Below are positions 63,075 to 64,000 of a stretch of 64,000 nt of DNA, one piece after another. Source of the stretch: Rhodospirillaceae bacterium (GTDB taxonomy: Bacteria; Pseudomonadota; Alphaproteobacteria; JAEUKQ01); the NCBI GenBank assembly GCA_016722635.1, contig JADKIX010000011.1:319760-383759 (forward strand), given 5' to 3'. Every line of letters starts with the position of its first letter. The stretch's first letter is position 1. Made by a program: the position numbers and the translations under genes. The notes below the pieces were generated by a model that saw only the letters and a list, made by a program, of their open reading frames with translations, was not told where the DNA came from and searched no databases.

Positions 63075-63989
63075 ATGAATTTCTTCCATAACCGCTTCAC
63101 ACAAGCCCTGATGGGTGCAACTTTGTTATCTGGCGTTGCCTTGTCCCAGCTTTCAGCTCAACAATATCGCCCTTGGGATGGAAATGCGAACAACCTACAA
63201 GGAATGTTTAACGAACTGAAGCAAATGATCCGGGAAGCGGACCGGGCCGAGGCAGCTGACCCCGCTTTCTTAGATGATTTGAATGATTTTGTGCAACGCT
63301 ACGAAAGATTGTCAACAGGTAATAATGACAATAATAATCCGCCTGCCTCAGGTTGGTCGCGCATTATTTTGTCGGATAATTTCCGTGATGGCGACTACAC
63401 CCGAAATCCAGCTTGGACTGTCAAATCAGGCAATTGGCGGATTGATACCGGCGGTAGTAATCTTGGCCTGCGTTCATCGGTTTATTCAGCTTATGCTGGT
63501 AACAGCCAGAATGTAGCACAAGCTTTATTAGGCGCCTTATTCCAACAACCGGGCCAGCAAAATGTGGCCGCACAAGTTGCCCAAATTGGGATTTTCTTAA
63601 AGATCCCCAATAGTTTCCAATTAAAAGTGGAATTTAACTCACGTGCTGCAGGTGGCAGGGTCGATTTTGTTGTCACCAATGCTCAAAGTTTCGCTTCCTA
63701 CGTTGTATCCTACACACCTGGTTCTAATAACGGGATACAATTGCTGAAGGTTACCAACAGGGGTACGACTATTCTGGCTTCATCCAGCAGCAATATTGGG
63801 TTTGAAGATGGTAAGTACCATGTCATTGAATTGAACCGCGATGGGCGTGGGGCTATGAATCTGCTGGTTGACAACAGGGTAGTGGCGCGTAGCAACGATA
63901 ATAGTTTGAACCGCGGTTTCGATAATTTTACGGTGGTTAACGGTGGTGGTACGTACTGGATTAAATCCGTTACCATTAATGGACAGTAA
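63075..63989 (+). CDS. secreted hypothetical protein with a probable ConA/LamG-like jelly-roll C-terminal region
   Basis: N-terminal signal peptide (LLSGVALSQLSAQQ), Asn/Gly/Ser-rich beta-rich composition, motifs YHVIELNRDGRG and GGTYWIKS. Confidence 0.5.
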   Translation: MNFFHNRFTQALMGATLLSGVALSQLSAQQYRPWDGNANNLQGMFNELKQMIREADRAEAADPAFLDDLNDFVQRYERLSTGNNDNNNPPASGWSRIILSDNFRDGDYTRNPAWTVKSGNWRIDTGGSNLGLRSSVYSAYAGNSQNVAQALLGALFQQPGQQNVAAQVAQIGIFLKIPNSFQLKVEFNSRAAGGRVDFVVTNAQSFASYVVSYTPGSNNGIQLLKVTNRGTTILASSSSNIGFEDGKYHVIELNRDGRGAMNLLVDNRVVARSNDNSLNRGFDNFTVVNGGGTYWIKSVTINGQ

Positions 63990-64000
63990 GATTGAAAATT

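Noticed and set aside
1-64000. Mobile elements, CRISPR arrays, toxin-antitoxin pairs or defence islands
   Set aside because: No direct-repeat arrays, transposase or integrase-like ORFs, or phage structural genes. Gene content is contiguous conserved housekeeping synteny throughout.

Overview
This is an origin-proximal core-genome window of an alphaproteobacterium. Gene order is typical of the class: ftsK-lolA; leuS-lptE-holA; rho-mnmE-mnmG-rsmG-parA-parB; hemE/hemH/hemJ, then an intergenic region, then maf-coaE-dnaQ; secB, divergent from a Tim44-like gene followed by mltA; hslVU; rph-rdgB-hemW, divergent from hrcA-grpE-dnaK-dnaJ; phoR-pstSCAB-phoU-phoB. Moderate GC and dense coding suggest a somewhat reduced, possibly host-associated genome. 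About 67 coding regions are called, and almost all are housekeeping. No rRNA, tRNA, CRISPR array, prophage or IS element was recognised. The most notable structures are: (1) a candidate chromosomal origin (oriC) in the hemE-maf intergenic region, with a perfect DnaA box and two near-perfect ones; (2) two parS centromere sites, one a perfect 16-mer inside rsmG and one 15/16 just beyond parB; (3) four conserved genes (an OmpR-type regulator, a DUF3576-like lipoprotein, mnmG, grpE), each broken by one extra base in a T/A homopolymer. This points either to systematic homopolymer sequencing errors or to recent gene decay and slippage-prone tracts. Minor items are a secreted jelly-roll-like hypothetical next to the pho operon, a small-protein plus 2Fe-2S ferredoxin pair inserted between rho and mnmE, a RibA with a degenerate RibB-like N-domain, and an LpoA-like lipoprotein with an acidic disordered insert. 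No candidate for a novel defence, mobile or secretion system is apparent.
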